DNA of 49,051 nucleotides from Balamuthia mandrillaris (Eukaryota): NCBI GenBank assembly GCA_031835245.2, contig JAVKOQ020000018.1, positions 310,001 to 359,051 of the forward strand, read 5' to 3'. Shown piece by piece: positions 1 to 11,600 of this stretch (position 1 is its first letter; each line of letters starts with the position of its first letter). The notes under the pieces were generated by a model. It saw only the letters and a program-made list of their open reading frames with translations, ran no database searches and was not told where the DNA came from. The position numbers and the translations under genes were made by a program.

Positions 1-744
1 GAAAGTGATGGTGCAACGAAAGCTAGACATCAGCTCCAGCGACGCAGCGAAGAGCTCTCTGCGGACGCGCAGTTGTTTAGTAATGACCCACTAGCAGTTG
101 TGGAGGACCAACCTGCCCCACCCTGCGACTCTCCCTCCACCACTCATCATCGAGGAGGCTTTATTCGCCAGCACGTCGGGCCGAACTCTACTTTGTCCTC
201 ATCGGCCTCTGCTGCCTTCCACATGATAGCCAGCCCCTTTGTCATCGCCACTTCCAACGCTTCTTCTCTCCTCTCTCCTAAGATCTCTCGCCGAACACGG
301 GAAAGTAACATTACCAGTTCTTCAAACCACAACAGCAACGAAACGAGTCCTACCCAGTCTCCCCAAAAAAGCCATCTCTCACACAACAGTTCTTCTCCTC
401 GCAACCAGACTTCCTCTCCTCCTTTATTCTCTCCAACGCTGCGCAAACAGCGGCATACAGAAGAATCCATTGGTCTTGTCTATGTTGGCGGTTTCGTTTT
501 TCTTCGCTTCTTCTGCCCTGCCATTGTCACTCCAGAGCTCTACGAGATTGTTGACAGTACGATGCGCACACACACACTCTCTCTCTCTCGCTATGCAATT
601 TCTAACAGCCTTGTAATGAAAACAGAGAGTCCTACACGAGAAGCAAGAAGAGGATTGACTTTAGCAGCTAAAGTGCTGCAAACCATGGCTAACCAGATCG
701 AGTTTGGCGAGAAAGAAGCCTACATGAAGCCCATGAATGACGTA

Positions 745-804
<60 letters not shown>

Positions 805-1244
805 CACACACACTCTCTCTCAGCAGTTTTCTTAACTCTACCTTTACAAAGTTTATTGCCGAATATCAGCCAAGGATGAACGATTACCTGTACAGCCTCG
901 TCCACCAAACCAAAATCAAGAACAAGAAACACTCCAAACGTCTCTCCTTGCCCAGGCCCTTAGATTTTATCCCCTCCTCCGCCAGCACCCTTCCCGCTCG
1001 CCCAAAGCCTACCTCAACCATCAATTTGCTTTCTCAATCCTCTCCATCTTCTTCCTCTGAACCTCATAACAGTAATAACGGGATTCTATCAAAGCTCCTT
1101 CCCCACCAGAGCGTCCCATCATCTTTGACGACTGACACGGAGCTCCAGAAGGAAGCACTGCAGGTCGTCAAGAACCATTGCATAAAGCATCGGAAGGAGC
1201 TGGACTACACTCTCTTCAAGAAAATGTTCCAAAGCAAAGAGTAA
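1..1244 (+). CDS. RasGAP domain protein, 3' portion (gene starts upstream of the window)
   Basis: Splicing 1-556, 626-741 and 852-1244 (GT-AG introns) gives GGFVFLRFFCPAIVTPE...RRGLTLAAKVLQTMANQIEFGEKEAYMKPMNDFI, the RasGAP FLR signature and C-terminal block. Stop TAA at 1242-1244. Confidence 0.9.
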
Positions 1245-1519
1245 CCTATTGTATTTTTATTTATTCATTTATTTTCATTTTTGTTTATCTCTCTTGTGGA
1301 TGAGTGTAAATAGAGATAAAACGCTTTTCTCACGTTCAAACTCTGATATTAATTCTCTAAGAAAAGCAAAATAAGAAGATGATGAAGGAAGAGAGAGGGC
1401 GGCGAGTGTGTTGCTTTTTTGTGTATGTTCTCCAGTTGGCATCGGTGGAGAGAATAACGAACAAAAAATCAACCATAGTCCCATTCATTCTGTTGAGAAC
1501 AGAAAGAGAAGAGTTGAAT

Positions 1520-1594
1520 AATAGCCTCAGCAAAGATTTTGCTCTCCGAAAAACGTGTTCCTAGGAGTTTCGCAAAAACGCTTCAACGGCAACT
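1520..1594 (-). promoter_or_regulatory. Candidate SECIS element (form II-like, atypical) in the 3' UTR of the PRXL2/SelU-like gene
   Basis: Minus-strand RNA: AGUUGCC GU UGAA GCGUUUUUGC G AAA CUCC U AGGAA CACG UUUUU C GGAG A GCAAAAUCUUUGC UGA GGCUAUU. It shows a UGA/GA core, unpaired AAA 11 nt after UGAA, a lower helix, helix II and an apical stem. It lies about 60 nt after the stop codon. Folded by hand only. Confidence 0.6.
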
Positions 1595-1651
1595 GCCTCC
1601 TCCTTCCTCTGCCTCCACCTTTCCCGCTTTTCTTTTTTCATTCCATTGTGT

Positions 1652-2650
1652 TTACCTCAGAAGAGAAAGGCAGTAGCCTACTGCGATGGCCACAAGGAGC
1701 ACTGCAACAATCAAAACCGCATTGTTGACTCTGTTGGAGGGCTTCTTTTGCTTCTTGCTCTCTCTGTCACTTGGAGGAAAGGAACAAGCATCAGAGGAGC
1801 ACGTTGGTTGCTCCTTGTACTTCTTCTCTTCGTTGCTGTGATGACGGTTATTTCTTCGGTGTTGGGTGAGCCGTGCCAGCGCAACGGAATAGTTCATAGC
1901 GACGCCTTCATCCAAGTCAAGGACTTGTTGCAGCAAGTGGTGCTGATCGATGTGATGGCCAGGGTGCTCCTCCCTGTGAGCAAAGGAGCATTGGGTCGGC
2001 AGTGGTCCCATCAGAAAGACGCCTCCTTGCTGCCAGCTATCTCCTGCTAAATGCCCTATTTCTATTCCCATCTTGGCTCCTTTTTTTTTTTGTTCAGTTG
2101 AAAATGAAAAAAAAAAAGAAAAGAGAAGATTACCTTGAAGCAAAGCTGAAAGGCCAAACCGCTGAAAACCATCAACAAGTGGTCTAACAAGAGATCGATA
2201 AACCCCCGAATAAAGATTGAACGCTTTGTAACACTTTCAAAGGAGGGAAAAGGCATTAACCCAACAGAAAGAGAAAGAGAGAGAGAGAGAGAGGAGAGCG
2301 AACTGTACCTTTTTTTCAGGATCTATGTATAGAGTTCCAGGCAACTGTTCCGCACCAAAGTGAAGGACAAACTCTGTTGCCTGCGAAAGGGTACCTGTGC
2401 CAACAAGTGCGATGCCGATGCCAACCTCCTCCAACTGGTGCTTCACCTGAGACAAGGCCCACAGCTGGAGGTGGCAGGCAAATCATGCAAAGTTGCGAAG
2501 AAAAACGAGGAGGGTGCGTCGTCCGCACCACAGCTCGCGTGCGGGCACTCGCTCTCCTGTTTCTACGAACACCACCCTCACCACGCCTTCGCCGCTGCCT
2601 TCCGTACTCTCCAACAGAGACCTCCACTCTATTCCCACCCCACCAGCCAT
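1652..2650 (-). CDS. Peroxiredoxin-like 2 / AhpC-TSA_2 (SelU-like) thioredoxin-fold protein with in-frame UGA (probable selenocysteine, UxxC) and C-terminal TM anchor
   Basis: Exons 2650-2309, 2233-2134 and 2079-1652. Translation: ...LWCGRRTLLVFLRNFA[TGA 2485-2483]FACHLQLWALSQVKHQLEEVGIGIALVGTGT...LYIDPEKKCYKAFNL...GDSWQQGGVFLMGP...FAHREEHPGHH; hydrophobic tail NAVLIVAVLLVAIAVGYCLSLLR. Confidence 0.88.
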
Positions 2651-3159
2651 TCTCTCTCCGCTTTCTTTTTTTTTTGACTCCACACTCCATGTCGACCTGG
2701 TTCCAAGGAAATCTTCGAAATAAGTTTATCCACTAAAATTCCAAATTTTCGAGGATAATCAGGAATAATTGCGCGTCCAACCGGGTTGTTGATTGGCAGG
2801 AATTTCCTGCGGACAGCAATTAACGCACCAATGAAGCGGCGAAAAAGGACCACCTGCCAGCCACCACCCCGCGAAAATGAACACCCCCCTAAAGCGGCTC
2901 AAGCTTGCTTTGATCGGTTACTGAAAGTTTCAAACCACCAATCAAAAATCAAAACAGAGGCTTTATCTTACCATAAAAAGGCCATTTCTGTTGTCTTTTT
3001 CTTTGTCTCATCTCTAGCAGAGATCTTTCACGTCGACAAAAATTCATTGCTCCGCTTTACCCCCCCTTTTTTTTTTCTTCCTTTTTCTCAGCCCATCTAT
3101 CATTTCTGCTTCTTCTGCTTTAGCAAAGCTATCGTTATCCTCTCACACTACCACCCGCC

Positions 3160-3902
3160 ATGCTACGCTCTTTGCCCTTGTGCTGCTTGGCCCTCTCTCT
3201 CTGCTTCTTGCTTGTGGCTGTGGACGGCGCTGCTGCCGTCAAGCCGCAGGACGCCCTGGTGGCTGACCTCTCGGGGGTGCCCTCCCTGAGCTCCGCCAAC
3301 CTCCCGCCCGCCCTCATCGGCGCCGCTGGAAATTACTGCGATATCTGCCACGCCGCCCTGGAGTTCCTCTACCAGAAGGGCTGCACGGCCAGCTGCTCCC
3401 TCCTGGAGCCTCCCTTGAACTACGTGTGCACCTTCATCGAGTCCACCATTGGTCTCTGCAAAAAGATCCTTCACTGGCTTTCCAGTACGTTTTTCTCCCT
3501 CCTTCTTGTTCTTGTTCTTGTTCTTCTTGTTTATCGTCTTCTTTTCTTCTCCCTCTTTTTCTCCTCTCAAACCAAACAACAACAAAAAAAAAACACACAG
3601 ACGGGGTGGGTTTCAAGAAGGCGTGCAACTTGTTGGGCTTCTGCGGTAACACGACTTGCCTTTGCGGCGAATGTACCGAGTACGAGTGGGACGCTCGTTG
3701 CCTCAGCGTGCCCAACCACTGCCCCGACGACTCCCGCGCTCCGCTCATGCTGCCTCCCCCTCAGCGCTACCGCGCGGAGCTTACCCAACCCAACCCTCCC
3801 TTCCAGGGAGCCATCCGCTTGGCCGCTCGTAGCGATGACGTTTGGTGCGTGAACGGCGTTTGCGAGGAGGCCACCACCGGCTGCTGCCTCACTTGCTTCT
3901 AA
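3160..3902 (+). CDS. Secreted cysteine-rich saposin-like (SAPLIP) protein
   Basis: Exons 3160-3484 and 3601-3902. Signal-peptide-like N-terminus, then CDIC...C...C...C...CKKILHWLSNGVGFKKACNLLGFC (saposin-B-like pattern), followed by a second Cys-rich region ending CVNGVCEEATTGCCLTCF. Confidence 0.7.
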
Positions 3903-4771
3903 GCTCGAAAGAACAACAAGGGGGTTTGGTATTGGTTTCGTGGTCTCTCTCCTTTGCTTTGTTGTGTGGAAACAAAAAAAAAGGAAGCAGGCCACACGTT
4001 TGTTTCAAGTATATTTATCTCTTCTTTCGTTATCGCTTCAAAACATCGCACTATAAAACCAACAGAATACAAATCCTATGACTCTGGCCCAAGTAATAGA
4101 ACCTAGTTCCTCTCACCCCTTCTCCTCTCCTCTCTCTGCTTCATTTTTATTTTGTGTCGTCCATTATTCCATTATTTAAAATTTCAAATAGGAAGGAACG
4201 ACAATCATTACGAATTACCAAAAATAGAGAAAAATCAATAATTATTGCATCAATAGGGGGCGGCCTTGATTATGGGAATTCAATGGCTGGCTGCTAGCGC
4301 TCTTGGGCAAATTACAAAAAAAAAGACCAGAGAGAGAGACCTTCCCCCTCTTATTCCACCACCAAGCCGCGGGCCGCGGGAAACTAATTTTGTGACCGGA
4401 AGAGAGAGAGGAGCGTAGTGGAACGGGACTGTGCTGCCAACCGACCGCTTGAACCAACAAACCAAAAAAAAAAAAGGCCAAAAGGGTTTTTTTTTTACAA
4501 TTTTGGGATCTGGAGGACGAGCCTTCCTTCGATTTTGAAGCTTCATAAACCCCGACAAACTAGACAAGCGTGAAGCGTGCCACTATTTTTTTTCTCTTTC
4601 TCTGAGCAAGGTGCGTTGTGGTTTGAAAGAGGATGTTGTTGTTTTGTCTCTGCCTTCTTCTTCTTTTGCTGGTTTTTTTTTTGCCTTCACGTGGGTGGGT
4701 GTAACTCTTTGGTCCCTATTTAATGTTTTTTTTTATTAAAACAAAAAATATAAATATATAGAACAAATAAA

Positions 4772-5327
4772 ATGGAGGAAGATGAGGGTATGCCCAACAC
4801 CGACTTTGCCAACAGGATCCACTACCAGGAGCTGATATTTGGGGAGGAGATTGGTACCGGCTCCTTTGGTTCCGTCTACAAGGGCTCTTACCTGGGCACT
4901 CCCGTCGCCATCAAAAAGATAGCCAAGCAGGAGGAGCTGCAAGAGGAGCTTGACATTTTCGTGGAACGAGAGAAGGCCATGACTAGGTATACCTCCACCC
5001 TTCATTCTCCTCTCTCTCTCTCTCTCTCTCTCTCATCCTACTCTTCTCTTTCCCTCAACTACATACTCAATTCTTATTGTTTAATATTACTGCTTGTGTG
5101 TTTTGCAAACAACAGGTTCAGTCATCCTCATCTCGTACAGGTTTGTTTTTATCCTTTCCAAATATCATTATTTCTTAATCCTCTATAATAATGCTAACCA
5201 CACCTGTACCCATAAACAGTTCATAGGAGTGTGCGAATATGATAGTTTTGTCTATCTCATTACCGAATATGTTCCTGGTATGTTACCTTCCTTTTTCTTT
5301 TCCCTTCAACAAATCGCCATTGACCAT

Positions 5328-5365
<38 letters not shown>

Positions 5366-7330
5366 CTGTAATTCCACACCCTTTACCTCTTTACAGGAGG
5401 AGATCTTCGCCGGTATCTCAAAGATAGGGCTTTGGAGATGACCTGGAAGTTGCGAGTACAGGTTGCTTGCGATGTGGCTAAGGCCATGGCCTTCCTTCAC
5501 TCCAAACGGATCATGCACAGAGACTTGAAGAGCAAAAACTTGTTGGTATGTGTTTTTAAACTCTTTAGCAGAACACGTGGTGGCTTCAGCGTTAAAGTTG
5601 TTCTTCCTGTTTCTTTCCTTTGGTTTGTTTTCAAAGGTGGATTCAACGTGGAAGATAAAGGTCTGTGATTTCGGTTTTGCCAGAACCTTCACACCCAAGG
5701 CCAAAAAGATGTATACCCTCTGCGGCACTGAGGATTGGATGGCTCCTGAAATTATCATGGGTCTCGATTATGATGAAAGTGTAGATAGCTTTTCATACGG
5801 CATCGTCCTTTGCGAGATCATAACGAGAGAGAAAGTCTCCACTAAGCTGCAGCGATCAGCCGAAGAGGCCTTCTCCATGAACTTTGAAATGCTTGACCCC
5901 CTTATTCCTCCTGACTGCCCTCAAATCCTGAAAGAGCTCGCACTACGGTTCTCTTCCTCTCTTCTTTCTTTATTCTTCTTATTATCATTAGAGAAGTAAA
6001 TCATCTAACGCTGTCAACATTGAACAGTTGCTGCGCTTTTGAGGCCAGTGATCGTCCCGACTTTATAGAGATCATTAGGATATTGGATGACTTGGAGAAG
6101 AAGCTGCAAACAGAGGGTGCCATCACCACCAGCGGGAAAACTAAAGCCGAGCCCGAGCCGGTAACGCCGAAACCTGAAATCAAAGCACCTGAAATGACCT
6201 TGGCCAAGGCCGTTCAGAAGCAGCTTGCGGTTAAAGACTCCAAGAAAGGTAAAAAAGAACATTTTTGCTGTCCTTTCTCATTGACAACTTTCTTCGTTTA
6301 TGCTCAAGCAACTTACCCTTTTGTATCATTACTTGTTTCCATTCTTCTCCTTTTTTTTCTTGTAGAACGTACAGAAAGCTCAACACCTACCGGTTCTGCA
6401 ACACAGCGACGAACTTCTTCTTCGTCCTCCTCATCACAAAATTCAGGAGTAATGAGTCCTCCCCCGGCGAGGACCAAGTTCACTGTTTTCAAGAGATCTG
6501 CCTCTAAGAGGAAGGCTTCCTTGGCCAAGCTTCATGACGTTGGACAGCTGCAAACATTGCGTTTTGCCAACCCTGAAGCCTTTTATAGCGCCTTGGCAAA
6601 GTGTTTTTCTGCCAGATCTTTTGCTGGATGGTACCATCGGCTCTTTTTTCATTTTTTAACGATATTGCTTCTTCATTCTTGACCAAAATAACTTGGCTTT
6701 TATAAATGCTTTAAATTCAACAGGGTTCTTATTGGCTATGAGTCTATCAATACGCTGTGCTTGCAGGATTGTGGTACTACTCTTCCTGAGCTGGTTAGCC
6801 GTCTGAAAGAAGACGAGGTACTTTTTTTTTCGAGCAAAGATGCAAGAGGAAAGAAAAGTGAAACAGGATCATTGATGTTTTTAATTCTTTAACAGGTACA
6901 ATATGTGCTTATTCGAGTGGGCATCCCTCCAAATTCCTCCAAGAGAACAGCGACCACCAGAGATGTGTTCATAATGTGGACAGGCTCGGAGATGCCTGCC
7001 GTTCAAAAGGGAAAGAAGAAATCTCACGTCGGTGAAGTTAAGACCATTTTGAAGGTAAAAACCATCCCCATCATCCTCTTCCCTCAGACTTCCCTATCAT
7101 TTCGTTGATAACGCTTGTAATCGAAGCCATTCCACGCGGAGCTTACAGCCGTTGCAAAGGATAACTTCAACCTGCAAAACGTCATCAGTTCGTATACTCT
7201 GCTTTCTTCTCTCCCTCTCTCTGTCGAGTGCGTTCTCGTCAAAGTTGGAAGCGGTCCTCTAATCAGTTTATTGGAATGTATGTGAACAGGCAAATCGGAT
7301 CCGTTGTCTGGTTCTCACGTGTTGGACTGA
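4772..7330 (+). CDS. TKL-group (LIMK/TESK-like, LISK) protein kinase with C-terminal ADF-H (coactosin-like) domain
   Basis: About 11 exons, including a 25-nt exon at 5116-5140. Kinase motifs GTGSFG, VAIK, HRDLKSKN, DFG, CGTEDWMAPE and DSFSYGIVLCEII. Last exons give GWVLIGYES...LKEDEVQYVLIRV...RDVFIMWTGSEMPAVQKGKKKSHVGEVKTILKPFHAELTA...SGSHVLD*. Stop at 7328-7330. Confidence 0.88.
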
Positions 7331-7470
7331 TCCTCTTCTTCTGTTGATGTTTGCTGTTTCTTCGTTGTGGTTTCTCCTCCAAACAACCTCTTTTGTTCGC
7401 TTTTTATTTAGTAGTCGTCGTCGTAGTAGTGCCCGCATAATAATAACAGGAAGTGTATTTTTTCTTGCCG

Positions 7471-7508
<38 letters not shown>

Positions 7509-7639
7509 TCTCCCTCTCTCCCTCTCTCCCTCTCTCTCGTGTCCTCTTGTCTCGTTTGCCCCATCGACAAGCCGCCTTTGCACTGCCAACGCAAAAAAGC
7601 AAAGGGGCACATAAGCTGGGGACGAAAAAAAACAGGAGG

Positions 7640-8563
7640 ATGTCGCAAGCGGAAGAGCATGCCACGGCGTCAGCCAAGAGAGTGGAGAAAGGCTTTGAAG
7701 ACAAGGAGGATTACGATGCGGAGATGTGCGAGCCAACAGCTGAGATAGAGGGCGGGAGAAGGGATTGCCGAGTGTTCGAGGCATACCCTCACGTAAGAAG
7801 GCTTTTCTTGAGAAAGGTTTATACCCTCCTTCTCAGCCAGATCGTGATAACAGCCTTGGTGGTGCTCGGCTACCACTTTATATTCCCAAGCCTCTCCACG
7901 GAGAACTACCAGCTGATAGCAACCCAAACCGAAGAGCAGACCACCGAACCTACAACAGGAGACCAACAGCTGGCTCTCACACCGACAGAACAGAGCCTGA
8001 TATCCTTCCTCCCTGCTGTCTTTTGGCTCAGCTTTCTTGGCGGTTTTGGCACGCTGCTGGGCTTGCAGTTGGTGCCAGGCCTGCAACAAGCCCATCCTAC
8101 GAACCTGGTGCTTCTCTACGTGTTCACGCTGTGCGAGGCCAACCTCTTGGGAGTAGCGCTGTTGCCCTTCGCCCCCGAGTTGCTGCTGAAGGCCTTCCTT
8201 ACCACCGTTTCGGTGTTCGTGGGCCTCATCCTCTACACTTTGGAGTGGACAACGGCAAAGAAAGGCCCGTCTCCCGCCACCCACCGCGACTACCACTTTT
8301 TGGGGTCGTTCCTGGTGTCGTGCCTGTGGGTGCTCCTCTTTGGTGGCTTCTTGCACGTCCTTTTGCCCGTCAACTCCTTCGTGGATACTCTTTGGACCCT
8401 GTTTGGGGCTATCGTCTTTTGTGGTTTTGTCATTGCGGACACCTACCGCCTCCACTTCCTGCTGCGACCGGACCAGCACATCATGGCCGCCATATCCCTC
8501 TACCTCGACTTTATCAACCTCTTTATTCGCATCCTTCGTCTGATGAGCAAGCGACAGCGATGA
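7640..8563 (+). CDS. Bax inhibitor-1 / TMBIM (Lifeguard-like) membrane protein
   Basis: Single exon from ATG 7640. Motifs RRLFLRKVYTLLLSQ, HPTNLVLLYVFTLCEA and IADTYRL...AAISLYLDFINLFIRILRL; about 7 hydrophobic segments. Confidence 0.92.
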   Translation: MSQAEEHATASAKRVEKGFEDKEDYDAEMCEPTAEIEGGRRDCRVFEAYPHVRRLFLRKVYTLLLSQIVITALVVLGYHFIFPSLSTENYQLIATQTEEQTTEPTTGDQQLALTPTEQSLISFLPAVFWLSFLGGFGTLLGLQLVPGLQQAHPTNLVLLYVFTLCEANLLGVALLPFAPELLLKAFLTTVSVFVGLILYTLEWTTAKKGPSPATHRDYHFLGSFLVSCLWVLLFGGFLHVLLPVNSFVDTLWTLFGAIVFCGFVIADTYRLHFLLRPDQHIMAAISLYLDFINLFIRILRLMSKRQR

Positions 8564-8681
8564 ACGCCTCTCCCTCTCCCCTCTCCCCTCTCTGTCTCTT
8601 CTGCTGTATCAACTTGTGTTTGCTCAGGTAAAATATTGATTTAGGCCGTTTGTAAACGTTGTCAACATTGTAGGGGTCTTT

Positions 8682-11600
8682 TTAGAGCCAAGGAGCCCAC
8701 CCTGGAAACATTTCGCAGAGGCGGTTGGGGTCGCGCGCCTCTGCGATGAGTTGCTTCACTTGGCCTTCCACGCTAAGCGCCTCCCCATACTCATAGCCCT
8801 GCAACTTCGCTTTCAGTCGCAACAACGCCCGCTCCGCCTCTTTGTTACCTCTCTTACCGGCTGTAGCTCCTCCTCCACCGCCAGATGTGGAAGAGGAGGT
8901 GCTCGCGCCAGCGTCGCCAGCAACACCTCCACTAGGCGAGTCACTTAGGTTTTCGTCCTTGTTTGCAGCGTCTTCTGCAGCACCTTCAATATCCTCCAAG
9001 AGGCCCCGCTGTAACTGTAGGGCACGAATAGGGGAGAGAGCCCACTTGAACAGCGGATCGTGAATGAAGACCTCCACTATTGTTAGCAGGAACTCGTGAG
9101 ATGCGCGCAGCACTTTCATGGTCTCCTCGGAACAGCGCCGGAATACGCCTTCACAACCAGTAACGCCCATTCCGTCCACTATGTCTCTCGTCAAGCGGAA
9201 GGGCACCACTTCTGGCGTGCGAAGAGTCTTGCCCTGCTCAAATGCAACACCCAGATCAATGTGCACTACTTCTGCTGTGCTCTCGTCTATCAATATGTTT
9301 TGAGAGTGCCGGTCGCCAAGACCAACCACATAACCTACATTCCATTCGACACCAACGTCAGTTTTGTACATAAAAAGCAGGGGCAGAATAGAGAACCCAC
9401 TTACCCACGATGGATGATGTTGCAACAGATCTCACATAATTCAATCTTTTCTCGAACCAAAGGGCTGGCTCTGGGTATTTGTCCAAGAAGAAATGATGGA
9501 AAACAGGTTTAAACCGGTTCATGATGGAGTCAAAGACACGTCGTTTATCGCGGCCTGTGGCCTGTGATAACTCTTTTCTCGCATCTTTTGATAGCATGTC
9601 ATTGGGCCTGTACTTCACGTGTGCACAGTGATATGGCGTCCTATCATTTTTGAGTGAACAAATGAGACCAGTGCCACCCACATAAGGGAAAGAGAGAGAG
9701 AGAGCACGAACTTAATAGAGCCAATGAGGTACTGGCCAAGCGGAATAGTATTCTGAACCCACTCCAATATGCCAGCACATGGAGTTAGCGGGATAACTTT
9801 GTAAGTTCTGACGCGAAGCCTTCTTCGGTGGGTTTCCATGTTTTGGTTAAGAAGGGTATTCACCATGTGGAACATCTGTTGCATGACTTGGTCTTGACGC
9901 AAGTCGTCGTTGCCCTTTACTAATTGCTTATAAAAATATCCATCACTTCCTATACATTCCACAATCTTCGGAAGGTTAAGCCCTCCAGCCAGAGTGAACG
10001 TTGGCACAAATTTTCTCACGTGAGGTATTGACTGTGAGATTTAGTGAGAATGGAGAGAGAAAGAGAGACAGAGAATCAAGAGCGTACGTCGTAGTCGCCA
10101 TCAGGTTGGACGGGAACGCTCATAGTAGGTATTGGTACATCTGACATCTCCCGTATTCGTTTTATGCTCGTGCTGAGGGCTAAAGGTGTCGTTACATGTT
10201 TATCTTTGGAAACGTCCAGAAACGCAAGTTCGATATAGGCATCTATAAGAGCGCTCATGGACTCAATTAGCTGTTTGTGCTTGGTCTGCCGCAATCGGTG
10301 AAGCAGTTCTAAGAATAAGCAGAGCTAATGTTAGACACTGAGATCAAACACGTAGTAGCAAGAAAGAGCACCTACGTTTTGCGGCGTTGACCTTATCTTC
10401 GTCAACAACATAGCGGCCCTTGCCACGTGATGCTTGAACCTTGTCTCCGTGGCTCATGGCAAAAATTTGCCACAAAACATGATGTGGATAATATGTGGCG
10501 GTGGTTTCCAATACGGTGTTCACCACGTTTTGGAAGGTGTATTTTACTTCGTCATTTTCGTTTGCTTCTTCTTCTTCTTCTTCGTCACTGATAACAACGA
10601 TAGAAGCTTTGCCTCTTGATTTCTTCCTTCTTGTGCTACCTCGACCCGAACTTCTTCGAGAGGATGAAGCTGCAGTGGCAACTACAGAGTTTCCGCCCAT
10701 CGATTCTTTTCCTAATACCAAAAACAAAGAATAAGAGGTCTGCTCAAAAAAGGGGCAATGAGGAATGGAAATGCTAACCAGAAGCAGCAACACTTATGCG
10801 GGAAGCAATTTGGTAGATAAGGGGCAAGAATTTTTTGGAGTTTAGGTCGGAGGTTTCGACCGCTTTTCCTATCAACTTGTTGATGTGTAGATCTTGGGAA
10901 TTATTGAACCATAGAGAGCATAACCTAAACATAACGCGAACGTCATAGACATCTATGTCTCCTGTAATCACGCACTGAAGATAGTTGTCCACTGCGTTAT
11001 GTAGAAGCATATCTCTATCTGTTAACAGGCCAATCATGCGGTAATGGAAGCCAAATCTAATTAGATTTTTTTCCTGTATATGTTCGCAGAATATGTAGGT
11101 ACCTGTTTCTAGTCTTTTGTTTTCTTGTTTGTCAATGTCACATTGCCGTTCCAGTAATATGATATGACGTTTGAGCTCTTTGTCATTTGGACGAGTTTTG
11201 GCGAGAGCAAGACACTGCTTGAGCTCCCGTTCTTTGTGTTGTCTTAGCTTTTGAGAATTAGCCCATTCGGATGACCTTATTTTTTCTGCAAGGTGTGTAT
11301 ATAACGAGTCTGCATAACGGGCTAATGTAAAATATGCCTTACACACGTTTCCTGCATTTCATTTAAGTTAGTGAAAGCGAAGAGGAAGAGAAAGGAAAGA
11401 GGGAGAGGGAGAGGGAGAGCCAACAATAAACATACCACCACATTGATTGTAAAGCGCAACAGCCTTTTGTAGATATTCTTCGATGATAGTGCTAGAGTTT
11501 TCAGAACGTGTCTTGGCTAACCACTTTCCAGTACAATATATTACGTCTGCATACAGTCTCCTTTGATCATTACTGCTGCCCTCTTCACCACAGCCTTCGT

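Noticed and set aside
1284..1320. Inverted repeat TTTATCTCT...AGAGATAAA between convergent genes
   Set aside because: A 9-bp AT-rich stem with no SECIS core or known terminator role in eukaryotes; plausible by chance.
2483..2485. TGA read as a nonsense mutation (pseudogene)
   Set aside because: It falls exactly on the first Cys position of the CxxC motif, the rest of the gene and its splice sites are intact, and a SECIS-like hairpin follows. Selenocysteine is the simpler explanation, though not proven.
7670..8631. Long antisense (269 aa) and alternative-frame (288 aa) ORFs over the TMBIM gene
   Set aside because: Shadow ORFs expected from a GC-rich, codon-biased exon; no motifs.
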